Origin: Meyerozyma guilliermondii
Taxonomy: Eukaryota
Assembly (NCBI GenBank): GCA_051546255.1
Contig: CP128818.1
Span: forward strand, 1,054,001-1,118,000
Direction of reading: 5' to 3'
DNA: 64,000 nt
In this document: in pieces, positions 17,090 through 27,551 of the stretch
Layout: every line of letters begins with the position of its first letter
How positions within the stretch are numbered: the stretch's first letter is position 1
The notes under the pieces: generated by a model
Told to the model about the DNA's origin: nothing
The model's input: only the letters and a program-made list of their open reading frames with translations
Databases searched by the model: none
Position numbers and translations under genes: made by a program

Positions 17090-18910
17090 ATGACGGCGTT
17101 GATCAAAGATGGCTTTTGGAGAGAAAGAATCAAAACGGTTTCCACCAACACACTTCCTTCCATGTACAAACTATTGCATGAAACAGGACGCTGGGACTTC
17201 TTTGACTTCAATTGGAAAGAGGGAATCAAGCCCCATATTTTCTGGGACTCGGATATTGCCAAGTTTATGGAGGCCGTTTGCTTTGCATTAAAGTATACTG
17301 AGGAAGGTGATGCACGCAACTTGCAATATAAGTCGTGGATGGATGACATTACGAGAATGATACTCAAGGCACAGCAGCCAGATGGCTATCTCAACTCTTA
17401 CTTTACTCAAGTTAAGCCAACCGAGAGATTCAAAAACGTTGCTGAAGAACATGAACTCTACTGTTGCGGCCATCTAATTGAGGCAGCAGTGGCATACTAT
17501 GAAGCTACTGGTTCCAAGGTATTGATTGAATGCCTTTGCAGGTACTTGGACCTCATTTGTGAGACTTTTGGTGACGAAAGTGGTAAATTGCACGGGTATC
17601 CAGGACACCAGGAAATTGAATTAGCTCTTGTTAAGCTCACTAAAATTGTTCCCGAGCCAAGATACAAAAAACTCTTAGACTATTTCATCGAACAAAGAGG
17701 ATACCAAAATGGAAAGTTTTACGATGACGAGGTGAGAGCAAGAGGCTTGGATCCAGATACCTACAGACCTAGAGGAGATTATGACCATCTTCCTGGGGTT
17801 CATTATGACTCGCATTGGCCGGCTCCTAGAAGCTACTGGTACTTGCAAGCTGATGTACCTGTGAGAGAAGCTCACGAAGTCAAGGGACATGCCGTAAGAC
17901 AAGTGTACTTTTTGACGGCTGTACAAGCGGTGGCTTCGCTCAAAAATGACGATGGACTAAGAAATTCTGTCAAAAGACTCTTCAGGAATATGATCGACAA
18001 GAAGTTCTACATTCATGGAGGTATCGGTGCTATAGCTAGGTGGGAGGGTTTTGGGGAGGACCATGATTTGAGATGGGACGGGTACTCGGAAACGTGTGCT
18101 TCTATTGGGTTGGTCTTTTTGTGTGAAAAGATGCTTTTGGACCACTTGGATCGGGAAGTGGCTTTGGTGATGGAAAGGGCTCTTTACAACGACGTTTTGG
18201 GAGGTGTGAGTATTAACGGAGAGTCTTATTTCTATGACCAGCCAATTATTGGAGAAAGAGGCTTAAAGAGACTGAGTTGGTTCAGTGTGAGTTGCTGCCC
18301 ACCCAACGTCGCCAGATTGCTCAACAGCTTGGAAAAGTATGCTTACCTGTTGTCAAGTGACTCAGTAGCTGTCCACCTTTACATTGGTGCCGAAATCAAG
18401 AACGACCATATCAACATGAAACTTGAGAGCGAGTATCCCCAAAAGGGAAGGTTTAAGATCTCTTTAAAGACTTCGAAGCCAATCAGTCTTGCAGTTAGAG
18501 CTCCAAATCACTTCAAATGTTCTAACACGAGCTTTACAGAGCGTAATGGATACTTGCATTTCGCTCCTAAAGTATGGGACGAAGTTATCGATCTTGAATT
18601 TGATCTTAAGATTGAAGTGATAGTACCTGACGACAAGGTAGAAGCCAATAGGGGCCATTTGGCAGTACAGAGAGGACCTTTTGTGTATGCTTTACAGAAG
18701 TCTGGGGTACAAGGAGACGTTTCCTTGAGTCAGTTGCATATTAAGAGAGGGCAAGAGTTTACTGAAAAGTTGGAAACGATTCGAGACACAAAATATATCA
18801 GCTTACTGACGACTATATCGGGAGTTGTGTGCAAGTTTGTACCTTATTTTGTGACTGGAAATGAACACCCAGGTGAAGACTTTAGAATGTGGATCAAGGA
18901 GAGTCAGTGA
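17090..18910 (+). CDS. Glycoside hydrolase family 127 (DUF1680; beta-L-arabinofuranosidase HypBA1-like), no signal peptide
   Basis: 606 aa; FWDSDIAK, AQQPDGYLNSY, HELYCCGHLIEAAVA, GHQEIELAL, GHAVR, WEGFG, YSETCASIG, ERALYN, SCCPPN, RGPFVYA. Confidence 0.9.
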   Translation: MTALIKDGFWRERIKTVSTNTLPSMYKLLHETGRWDFFDFNWKEGIKPHIFWDSDIAKFMEAVCFALKYTEEGDARNLQYKSWMDDITRMILKAQQPDGYLNSYFTQVKPTERFKNVAEEHELYCCGHLIEAAVAYYEATGSKVLIECLCRYLDLICETFGDESGKLHGYPGHQEIELALVKLTKIVPEPRYKKLLDYFIEQRGYQNGKFYDDEVRARGLDPDTYRPRGDYDHLPGVHYDSHWPAPRSYWYLQADVPVREAHEVKGHAVRQVYFLTAVQAVASLKNDDGLRNSVKRLFRNMIDKKFYIHGGIGAIARWEGFGEDHDLRWDGYSETCASIGLVFLCEKMLLDHLDREVALVMERALYNDVLGGVSINGESYFYDQPIIGERGLKRLSWFSVSCCPPNVARLLNSLEKYAYLLSSDSVAVHLYIGAEIKNDHINMKLESEYPQKGRFKISLKTSKPISLAVRAPNHFKCSNTSFTERNGYLHFAPKVWDEVIDLEFDLKIEVIVPDDKVEANRGHLAVQRGPFVYALQKSGVQGDVSLSQLHIKRGQEFTEKLETIRDTKYISLLTTISGVVCKFVPYFVTGNEHPGEDFRMWIKESQ

Positions 18911-19126
18911 GAGGATCAGTAGTACATACGTAACTATGGGTGCAAAAAAATTAAATCAATTCTAGTGAAAGAGAGTCAAGGGAGTAGGACAGTAATATGG
19001 GCTATGGGAATACGCCTTTCGAGTTAGAATCAGTTATTCAAGTAGTTACAGCTTTGAACCCTTTTATCATGGCTTTTACGTATCTTTGCATTATTTTGCA
19101 TTCTTGTAATTCGTTTATGGTAGGTT

Positions 19127-20017
19127 TTATTTACTATACACATGCCAAGTGGTATAAAAGTCAACAATGGACTCAGAAAGCATTACTGAGCTGTCGGGGT
19201 ACCTTGGCAAAGCGACTAACACACCAACTTGTAAGTCGATAGTCAGCGAAGGTGCAGCTAAAAGAACCGTATTTGTATGCGAGGATTCTAAATGACAAAC
19301 AGTCGCAGATATTAAAAATTGGCCGATGTTGTTGAAACTCTCGAGCCTATGAGTTGCAGTTGGTAAACTTTTAGGCTGTTTCAGGAGATGTTTAGGTTCG
19401 TACCTCTTCTTTCGAAGCAGTTGCAATAAGGAGGGTGGGTTAGGGCTCTGCAATTTCTTTGAGTGGTTCTCAAGATCCAAAGGTTTCTGATGGTCTGAAG
19501 TATTGGAAGTGGTGCCTTCTAAATCTATGGCGGGTGGTGGTTGCGATAGCACGAATTCAAAGCGATTATCGGCGAACCAACCAACATAATCTTGGAACAT
19601 CTTCTTCAATTGCGAAGACAATTTGTTGGTTGGTGTATGGGACGTCAAGGCCCTTGATATTTCATCATAACTTCGAAAAGTCGGTAGCCTTTCCTTCGAC
19701 ACTTTGAATTTAGATCTTGATTGTTTTACCAAATCAAGCAACGAAACCGAATTCTCAGGTTGCTGTGCACGCTTCAGACTCCTATGAAAGTTCATAATCG
19801 CTTTTTTGACATTGGTTTCTACATCTGGATTCGAGTTGGTTTCGTTAGTCTTGTCTGCCAATGGTATTCGACGAGGACGTTTCGTACGTGGGGTAACAGG
19901 TGTGAATTTTGAAGATTTTCGAACAACATTTAGACGCTTTTCGCGGCGCATACGCTGTAAATTAACCTCACGGTCATGTTCGTATTGTTCGAAAGGATCG
20001 AGGGGAGGTTTGCGCAT
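19127..20017 (-). CDS. Hypothetical basic protein with a D-box-like motif; function unknown
   Basis: About 296-aa ORF from the first ATG (MRKPP; the track start is TTG); RIPLADKTN; S/T-P sites. Confidence 0.6.
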   Translation of the reverse strand: MRKPPLDPFEQYEHDREVNLQRMRREKRLNVVRKSSKFTPVTPRTKRPRRIPLADKTNETNSNPDVETNVKKAIMNFHRSLKRAQQPENSVSLLDLVKQSRSKFKVSKERLPTFRSYDEISRALTSHTPTNKLSSQLKKMFQDYVGWFADNRFEFVLSQPPPAIDLEGTTSNTSDHQKPLDLENHSKKLQSPNPPSLLQLLRKKRYEPKHLLKQPKSLPTATHRLESFNNIGQFLISATVCHLESSHTNTVLLAAPSLTIDLQVGVLVALPRYPDSSVMLSESIVDFYTTWHVYSK

Positions 20018-20320
20018 GTCCTTGTGTATACAACGTAGCACAGTGTAAAGAGACAATTAAAACGGTTTAGTTTCGCGCGCACAAAATGGTTCATATTTTT
20101 TGGTTGTGAAAGAGGTACTTGAATTCCAGTATCATTGAGTACATTTTTCTTGGTAAAGCATCACAGCTTTTTCAATTAACCTTAGAAGTATAAGCGTTAT
20201 CTATGTTTCATTTTAAAAGTCTTTCTTAATTTAAAGTGAATTTGCTCCGATAGAACCCAATCTGCAGGAACACGCATGCAGCGCAGCAACGAAGATAGCG
20301 ATTTTTCACCAGATTTCATC

Positions 20321-20755
20321 ATGTCTACAGGTTGGGACCAAGTAAAATTCAGTTTGACTCCCAGATCCAAGGGGTGCTACTTGATCACAGACGAGGTGAT
20401 TCAGAAGGTTCCTCAGATCAAAGATTATGAAATAGGTCAATTGAACTTGTTCTTGCAACACACTAGTGCTGGTTTGACATTGAACGAAAATTGTGATCCC
20501 GATGTAAGAGAGGATATGGATAAAGCGTTGGACAGAGTGGCTCCAGAGGGCGACTTCTACATTCACGCAGACGAAGGTAGCGACGATATGCCGGGTCACA
20601 TCAAATCTACTCTCACTTCGGTCAGCCTTACGGTTCCAATCTCCAATGGAAGATTGGCCGTGGGAACATGGCAAGGAATTTACTTGATGGAGTTTAGAAG
20701 ATACCATCACACTAGGAAGATCGTTGCTACGATCAATGGTTTGAAGCGTAAGTAA
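20321..20755 (+). CDS. YjbQ/UPF0047 family protein
   Basis: LFLQHTSAGLTLNENCDPDVREDM, HADEGSDDMPGHIKS, GTWQGIYLMEFR; start taken at MSTGW. Confidence 0.9.
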   Translation: MSTGWDQVKFSLTPRSKGCYLITDEVIQKVPQIKDYEIGQLNLFLQHTSAGLTLNENCDPDVREDMDKALDRVAPEGDFYIHADEGSDDMPGHIKSTLTSVSLTVPISNGRLAVGTWQGIYLMEFRRYHHTRKIVATINGLKRK

Positions 20756-20806
20756 ACAGCAAATTATGTGTTGTATAGTATCGTAATCTTCACTTGTCAG
20801 TGATAT

Positions 20807-21889
20807 TCACTTTGTATCTTCGTATATCGTCATGCTGTAGTTTCGTAACACTGTCAGAACTTCATTCTCCAAGTTGCTTTTCTGTATCGCAAACATGTCG
20901 GCCTCCCTCAAAACTCCATCCTGGACCAAGTTGAACCATCCGTTGTGGCGAGGACATCGTCTTTTGTCTTCAACACACAAGTGATTATTGTACCAAACAT
21001 CCTCCAGTTCATCTTGCTCTCGCAGCTTGTACTTCTGTACAATGGCATCTATTTCTTCTTCGAAATCGGCATAAATATCTGACGAGTCAATCAACTTGTG
21101 AATTTGTTCTCCAGAAGTCTCGATGCCGGACTTGACATTCTTATCGAAAAGACATAACTCGTACTTCTTGCGCTTTCCACCGCTGCCGCTCGCTTCCATA
21201 ACCTTCGAGTTTATAATTTTGTGCTTTTCTTTGAGCTTGGCCAAAAAAGCCAATCTAACATTGCAGCTTTCTATGCCCTCTGTCACCCTATTAAGTTTTC
21301 CTTGAAGTTGTTTCAACTCGTCTTGCACATTTTCTGGGAACTGTGATAAGTTGTCACCTCTCTCGTGGTAGACTTTAACTTCGGGAAGCTCTGGGAATTG
21401 AGTTCCCAAAGTATGAAATTGGTCGACGTTTTCCACTGCATCGAGTAGTGCTTTGATATCGGATTGGGTAGCAGATTTGGAGCTACTCATCAAAAGCTGT
21501 CTCATGAATTGTACACCGTGTTCGTCGCTGCAATATTTCGAGTTCTTTTCTGGCCTGACGGGCTCCAAACATCCCTTTAATCGGCATCTTCGTTTCCATC
21601 TTGTTTCTCCAACACCTTTCCACTCACAGAATTTGCAGAAAAAACGGGCGATAAGCCGGGAAAGCTCAGGATCCAACTTCATGCAACGAAAGTGAAACCA
21701 CTCTTCACATCCATCGCAAGAAATCATCAATTCACCTCCATGATCTGGTCGTCGGCAAATGCAGTAGACTTCCTCACTATTCAAATTAAATTTTGCGGCA
21801 CTCGTGAACCTTTTATACTGTTTAGCTATGTCGTCCGAGTCATCTTCCTCTTTTCGTTTTGGGGCTGGTTTCTTAGACTCCTCAGTCAT
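20807..21889 (-). CDS. SPP1: COMPASS subunit Spp1 (PHD finger)
   Basis: VYCICRRPDHGGELMISCDGCEEWFHFRC; SKYCSDEHG; C-terminal C..KRRCPRHNGW. Confidence 0.88.
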   Translation of the reverse strand: MTEESKKPAPKRKEEDDSDDIAKQYKRFTSAAKFNLNSEEVYCICRRPDHGGELMISCDGCEEWFHFRCMKLDPELSRLIARFFCKFCEWKGVGETRWKRRCRLKGCLEPVRPEKNSKYCSDEHGVQFMRQLLMSSSKSATQSDIKALLDAVENVDQFHTLGTQFPELPEVKVYHERGDNLSQFPENVQDELKQLQGKLNRVTEGIESCNVRLAFLAKLKEKHKIINSKVMEASGSGGKRKKYELCLFDKNVKSGIETSGEQIHKLIDSSDIYADFEEEIDAIVQKYKLREQDELEDVWYNNHLCVEDKRRCPRHNGWFNLVQDGVLREADMFAIQKSNLENEVLTVLRNYSMTIYEDTK

Positions 21890-22169
21890 GATTTATGAAA
21901 GGCACTATATACAAAGTAAAAACAAGTTGAATATGAATAATTCGCACCAAAATTATAATGAGCTGCAAGATGTAGGACTGAGGTATTTGGCTGATACAAG
22001 AAAAAAAGAGAAGTGGCTGTAAAAACTACCGTGTTAAGTCATTGTCTATTTATTATTCAGTTTCCTCATTTCTGTTCAATTTTAAGCTTTCCTCCAAATT
22101 ACATATTTTAAAAAATCCACTTTTTTCAAGAAATAAGAAACTGATTACCTACAACCCTGCCAACTAGTC

Positions 22170-24029
22170 TCAAACCATTTTCTTATTAAAGAATGCTGCC
22201 AACTTGTCAAGTCTCGTTTTTGGCTCGTCAGCTTCAGCAAGCTCCTTTTCTGCCATTTCTGATTCGACGTCAACTGCATTCAAGGTGTTCCCCAAGAAGA
22301 AGTTTGTTTGGAAGCAAGCACAGATTAAAGGTATGAAACTCAAACTGAGAGCAATGATAAAGAAATCATGTGTAGCATAAGAGTAGGATTTGATTCCCGC
22401 TTGCCGAATAGGCGACAGTTCAGGGTATGCCTTAATGGCTGCAAAAGACCCAAACAAAGTAGGAGCCAAATCTGTCGAATCTGCCGGTAAGAAATCATTG
22501 AGGTAACCAGGCAAATCTCTTTGCCATACAGCTGTGGCAATTGCAGCACCCACGGCTCCTCCCATGTTTGACCATAAAGACAAAAGGGACATGGCGAGCG
22601 AAAGGTCCTGGTGAGCCACCGAAGCCTGGGCTGCAATTTGACTTGCTACCACACTCAAGGCACCACCACATCCTATAAGGAGTCTGTTCATGACCAAGGA
22701 AGCAAGGTTTGGCACTGTTCCCTTTGGACGAATAATTAGTCCGTACCCAATAATTTTGATCGCAAGCCCGGTAACTTGCATGTACTTGTACCTGTGAGTG
22801 ATTCTCATTATGACTCCTGCCACCACTCCAAAACCACACAACCCCATAGTCAATGTGTTGTTGAAGTATGTCCAGTCTCTTGTCGATAAGTTTGTAACGA
22901 CATAAACGTACGACGACAAATAGAGGTCTCCAATATTTCCAGCGAGCAAGTATACCACATCGATGCAAACAGACATAAGAAATGTTCTGTTGAACAACAC
23001 CCTTCGGGGCATTGATGGGATGGGAGCATAGTACACCTCATAAACTCCATATGCTATCAAAAGGAGCCCTCCAACTATCATCATGGCAATTAAACTGGGG
23101 TTTTTCCAGCCTTTGGAGGCACCAGAAGCAAGTGAAAAAGGTAACAATAAAAGAGAAAAGCCGAAGCCAAGGAGTAACAAGCCCAAAAGGTCTATTTCAA
23201 CTATTGCACTCCAGACAATGTTCACCCACTTTTTCTTGGCTATTGGAACAATTTCTTGCTTGAGTTTACTGGTCGTCAAAGCGAGCTTCTTGTGCTTCTG
23301 AGCACGACGGTCAAGCCACAAGAGAACGCCAATGGCAGGAAAAATAACCACTGGAATCATTATAGCGAACATCCCGTAACCCCACCGCCAATTTCTCTTC
23401 ACAATTGCATCAGATATAAGACCAGCGAACCAGACGTTAATAAGATAGGGTGTGGCCAAGAAGGAAATCAATAAACCTCTCCATTTTAAAGGCGTCAAAT
23501 CAGCAACAATAAGAGTATTTATAAGGTCAATTCCTGCGAAACCGATACCAGCCAAAACTTGGCCAGCTGAAAATGCAGTAATGTCTTGAGCAGCAGAACT
23601 TATAACATATCCAACGGTATACAAAGTCACCACCAAAATGTAGGTGTGTGGACGAGAAGTGAGATCTGCAATTTTTGCAATTATAGGACGACAAACTGAA
23701 GCAATGATTGTTTTTGCTATTGTGACCGTACCAATCATAGAATGCTTGCCAAAGGACGAAGTAGCAAATGGTTCATAGGAAGAAGTAGTGGACGAATCAA
23801 GCACCAGAACCCAGGCACAGACCAAGATTGAAGCACACAATAAAACTTTCACTTTTTTTCCGCTGCTGACATTGAGCATGGTATCCCGTATGGCTTCAAT
23901 ATGGGCCACTCCTCGAGATTGAGGAAGCACCTTTTCTATATCTTCACTGGAAACATCATCGGTATGTTCTAAGCGTTCCTGCTTCTCAACATCGTCCTGG
24001 GATAGCCGATGCTCAGCAGACTGTGACAT
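22170..24029 (-). CDS. Siderophore-iron transporter (ARN/Sit1 family MFS)
   Basis: 619 aa, about 14 TMs; SRGVAHIEA, ATSSFGKHS, PIIAKIADL, IVADLTPLKWRG, WRWGYGMFAIMIP, GWKNPSLIAM. Confidence 0.88.
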   Translation of the reverse strand: MSQSAEHRLSQDDVEKQERLEHTDDVSSEDIEKVLPQSRGVAHIEAIRDTMLNVSSGKKVKVLLCASILVCAWVLVLDSSTTSSYEPFATSSFGKHSMIGTVTIAKTIIASVCRPIIAKIADLTSRPHTYILVVTLYTVGYVISSAAQDITAFSAGQVLAGIGFAGIDLINTLIVADLTPLKWRGLLISFLATPYLINVWFAGLISDAIVKRNWRWGYGMFAIMIPVVIFPAIGVLLWLDRRAQKHKKLALTTSKLKQEIVPIAKKKWVNIVWSAIVEIDLLGLLLLGFGFSLLLLPFSLASGASKGWKNPSLIAMMIVGGLLLIAYGVYEVYYAPIPSMPRRVLFNRTFLMSVCIDVVYLLAGNIGDLYLSSYVYVVTNLSTRDWTYFNNTLTMGLCGFGVVAGVIMRITHRYKYMQVTGLAIKIIGYGLIIRPKGTVPNLASLVMNRLLIGCGGALSVVASQIAAQASVAHQDLSLAMSLLSLWSNMGGAVGAAIATAVWQRDLPGYLNDFLPADSTDLAPTLFGSFAAIKAYPELSPIRQAGIKSYSYATHDFFIIALSLSFIPLICACFQTNFFLGNTLNAVDVESEMAEKELAEADEPKTRLDKLAAFFNKKMV

Positions 24030-24780
24030 TGGAAATTACCATATGTGCTAATAAAAGACTCTTTTTTATACCCGGAAGGGACGCATGCAAGAATTTGTCA
24101 AAAATTTACCGAGAAAAAGAATTGCTAAGTCCGCCCAGAAAGCAGCATATTACGATTTCTAGTTATGACTTGAAGACTGAGAAAACACAGTTTTTTTAAC
24201 TTATCCATCTGTTAAACCGAATATACATAGCATCATGCCCAATTTTCACGATACTGACACGGCTGACACGGCTTGTGGTCCATCGTCGTGTACATCAAGA
24301 TCAAAATTATCAGTTTGATCAATGCACCTTCATGCGGCTCATTTAATGCATTCTGCACGTCGAATTGAGAGAGGAAGGAGGAGCATAGAATAGCCTGAGG
24401 AACCCTCTGTATGAAAATCTCGATATTCAAGGGACCTGAAGCAACATATTGTACTTGAGGGAGCAAGAAAAATTTTAAAAAAAAAATCAATATAAAATTT
24501 TCAAATTCGACTCTTTCCTCATGAGTTAGATGCTTCGGAATTTACCGCGAGACTTAGCCCTTTTGCAACATGACCAAGATCGGTTTCGTTCCCGAATCAC
24601 CGAGATTGCAGCCACTAATAGTAATGTCGATGCACGCCAAGAAATATATGTGCGCTTACAATACCTCGCACCGCTCGTAATGCGGTTGGTGTTCTTGGCG
24701 TATATGCAACCACTTCACCATATTTCCGGGACACATTATCTTTGTCATCTAATCTACTTGGCATCTATTCTCATTGCTAA

Positions 24781-26097
24781 TCACTGATCATTTTCCTCCA
24801 TTTCCACATCCTTCTTCTCATCATTATCGTTATCTTCCTTTTCAGCTTCTTCTTCATTATCGGTATCTTCTCGCACAGTCTTCGTTCTGTAGACCTCTAG
24901 AAGTGAATCGTCTCCGCATGTAGCGTATAGGCTGGGGATCTTTGGATGGATACTTACATCGTTTACGCGGCCAGTATGACCGCCGTGGATGAAGTATAAG
25001 CAGGGATCAGCACTCTTGGCCGCCCTCTTTCTGCCTCCTTCCTCGCTGTCAGGATAACTAAAGTCCTCGTTCAACGCAGCCAAATTCCACGTGATGACTC
25101 GACGGTCGTAGCCCCACGAAGTCAACAATTCAGGCTCAGAATCCAGATTCCATTGTACACCAGCAACGGACTCAGTGTGGCCAAAGAGCTTGCGGAACGG
25201 CTCGTTTGGGTTTCGCAAATCGTAGACATTGACCACTTTGTCTTTTCCAGCCACAGCATACAAAGTAGCAATCTGAGGATGGAAGGAGATAGCGTTTTGC
25301 ACGTGTGAAGTCTGTGTCTTGATGGCTGGACCGTCGTTGACCGAGCTTCGCAAATCGTGAATATGGGTCCAATAGTCGTCTGCAACCGACCCGAACAAAT
25401 GCTGCGACGGAACACTATGAGAAAGGTCGTTGATTACCGCTGTGTGAGACTTGAATGCCTGAAGTGGGGTCAGAGGTTTGGAGACATCCCAAAGCACAAT
25501 TTGACTGTCGTTTGCACCGGAAAGAAACCGGTCGTTCAGAACCCATTCCAAAGCATAACCTTCCTGTTTGTGGTACACGAAGCTCGTGGGCGGTTTGTTG
25601 ACGGCTGAAAGGTCGTAAAGATGGACATCGCCTGAGTTGTCAAAAGTAATCGCACTCGAAGCATCGGGACTGAGACGAATTTTGTTGATTTCACCATTAT
25701 GTTTCCAGCTCGAGACAGCTTTGAAGTCAGTGGTGCTATCTCCCACCGGAATGGGTATGGACTGTGCGTTTGGGTTGAAGCTGGCAAAATCCGGAGCGAG
25801 TGTCGACGGAAGCTGCAACGACCCGAGCTTCAAGTAGTCCTGGGAATGTTGTGACGTGTTTGTGCCATACAAAAACTTGACAGTAATGAAATTCTTGTTG
25901 TCTGACACTGTATAATCCGGAAGCCAAGCAATTGAAAGACTTGGAAAGTCAAGGGCTTGAGAATGGATGGTATCGTAAAGAAGCGGCACGGTCTTTTTCC
26001 ATATCTTAAACTCCTCATTTATGATCTTCTCACGGAGCTGGTGTTCCTGAACAATTTCCTGCTCGGCCGCAGCTATATCGGTGGCTCCAACAGTCAT
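24781..26097 (-). CDS. MSI1: WD40 histone-binding protein, RbAp48 family (Msi1/Cac3-like)
   Basis: INEEFKIWKKTVPLLYD, HNGEINK, HKQEGYALEW, FIHGGHTGRVND; start at MTVGA; HAT2 paralog not fully excluded. Confidence 0.75.
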   Translation of the reverse strand: MTVGATDIAAAEQEIVQEHQLREKIINEEFKIWKKTVPLLYDTIHSQALDFPSLSIAWLPDYTVSDNKNFITVKFLYGTNTSQHSQDYLKLGSLQLPSTLAPDFASFNPNAQSIPIPVGDSTTDFKAVSSWKHNGEINKIRLSPDASSAITFDNSGDVHLYDLSAVNKPPTSFVYHKQEGYALEWVLNDRFLSGANDSQIVLWDVSKPLTPLQAFKSHTAVINDLSHSVPSQHLFGSVADDYWTHIHDLRSSVNDGPAIKTQTSHVQNAISFHPQIATLYAVAGKDKVVNVYDLRNPNEPFRKLFGHTESVAGVQWNLDSEPELLTSWGYDRRVITWNLAALNEDFSYPDSEEGGRKRAAKSADPCLYFIHGGHTGRVNDVSIHPKIPSLYATCGDDSLLEVYRTKTVREDTDNEEEAEKEDNDNDEKKDVEMEENDQ

Positions 26098-26220
26098 GGT
26101 CAAAACACAAGGCTGGTACTTGTAAATCGCGGAGAAGAAGTGGTGAGAAGAAGCGGACGTGGATGTACGCATGCTGCGCAAGGAGTGCGTATTTATCAGT
26201 ATGGACAATGGGCTATGTAT

Positions 26221-26679
26221 CTAGATGACACCACCTCCAAGGTCAGGCAAATCATCGTCTTCTTGCGGCTCTTCAAAGTACAGGCTGAAAGTGTACACGG
26301 TTCCATATATCAATCCACCTCCAATTATCGTCAACACCATTGCTATTCTCGTTAAAATATGCGAATGATGCAATAAAACCGGCAAGTAGAAACCAGACAC
26401 CACCAACAGTGCCGATAAGAATTGCCCTATCTCTTTCCACATGTTGCCTACCGAAGACTGTGAAGGCTCAAAATTGAAGTCATAATCGCCATTTTCTGTC
26501 AAAGTCCGTGTGATCGCTACAGGAAGATGTGCCACCGCAAAGATGATGCCAATGATGATGGGGAACCAATTGCCATAGATTCCGGCAAGGATGATGAGGA
26601 GAAAGCCCATGGAGAGAACTATGGAGAGCCCGATGATGTTTCGCAATGCATTTTGCTGAAACTTTGTGGTGGAATTCAT
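26221..26679 (-). CDS. VPS55: Vps55/LEPROT family four-TM protein
   Basis: IIGLSIVLSMGFLLIILA, GNWFP, GQFLSALLVVSGFYLPVLLHHSHIL. Confidence 0.75.
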   Translation of the reverse strand: MNSTTKFQQNALRNIIGLSIVLSMGFLLIILAGIYGNWFPIIIGIIFAVAHLPVAITRTLTENGDYDFNFEPSQSSVGNMWKEIGQFLSALLVVSGFYLPVLLHHSHILTRIAMVLTIIGGGLIYGTVYTFSLYFEEPQEDDDLPDLGGGVI

Positions 26680-26982
26680 CAGATTGAGTATGCGGAGCGG
26701 TATCGATAAGCTTCAGAATACCGTCTTTTGATTACATAATCCGAATATCTAAAAATAATGGAATGAAAAAGGGGTCTGTCTCTCTTTTATGGACTTTGTG
26801 ATATAGCTAAAGTTCACAAATCACTACCATAAAATCATATACGAAGGCCATCTAGGTGAGTCAGAAAAAGATAAAAACTCCAAATACTGCATACAGCCGA
26901 GATTCTATTTGACTTGCATTGCATTATTGGGGCGTTACCACTTGCATTGACAGCTTGCATTGCATTGACAGGTGCGTAAATC

Positions 26983-27504
26983 ATGCACAGCGAAATATCA
27001 AACCCCGACGTTTTGTCGCCCAAGGCATGTAAAAAGCCACTTTCGCTTCCTCCTGGGTTTGTGGACACTGCGTCCAAAAAGAAGGTGGCTCCAATCGGGC
27101 CGAAGAAACAGTCGGCAGCTCAAGTTGATGATCTTAAAATGAAAAAAGCATGGGAGATTGCAGTTGCACCTGCCAAAGGCATTCCAATGAACTTGTTTAT
27201 GAGCTATATGACGGGTAATTCGTTGCAAATCATCCCCATAATGATGACTTTCTCGCTTTTTTGGAACCCGGTGAAGGCTATATTCACAGAAACAAACGCA
27301 GCATTCACCAATCTCTGGACAGAAAAGAATGCTTCTAACATAATACTTGCGAAAGTTGCATTCGTGATTTGTCAGATCGCCGCAATGTCGGTTGGACTCT
27401 ACAAGTTTTACAAAATGGGTCTCCTTCCTACAGCTGAATCAGATTGGCTTGCATGGAAGGCGCCAATGAGGATAGTGGAAATGTGTGCAGTGGTCGTTCA
27501 ATGA
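26983..27504 (+). CDS. EMC4: ER membrane protein complex subunit 4
   Basis: LKMKKAWEIAVAPAKGIPMNLFMSYMTGNSLQIIPIM; MGLLPTAESDWL. Confidence 0.92.
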   Translation: MHSEISNPDVLSPKACKKPLSLPPGFVDTASKKKVAPIGPKKQSAAQVDDLKMKKAWEIAVAPAKGIPMNLFMSYMTGNSLQIIPIMMTFSLFWNPVKAIFTETNAAFTNLWTEKNASNIILAKVAFVICQIAAMSVGLYKFYKMGLLPTAESDWLAWKAPMRIVEMCAVVVQ

Positions 27505-27551
27505 GTATTAATGATGAAATTTTGACTTTTGGGTCTTTTCGGTTAGTTATA

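Noticed and set aside
24233..24787. Two 85-aa ORFs between the siderophore transporter and MSI1
   Set aside because: No recognisable motif; they lie in the transporter's upstream region
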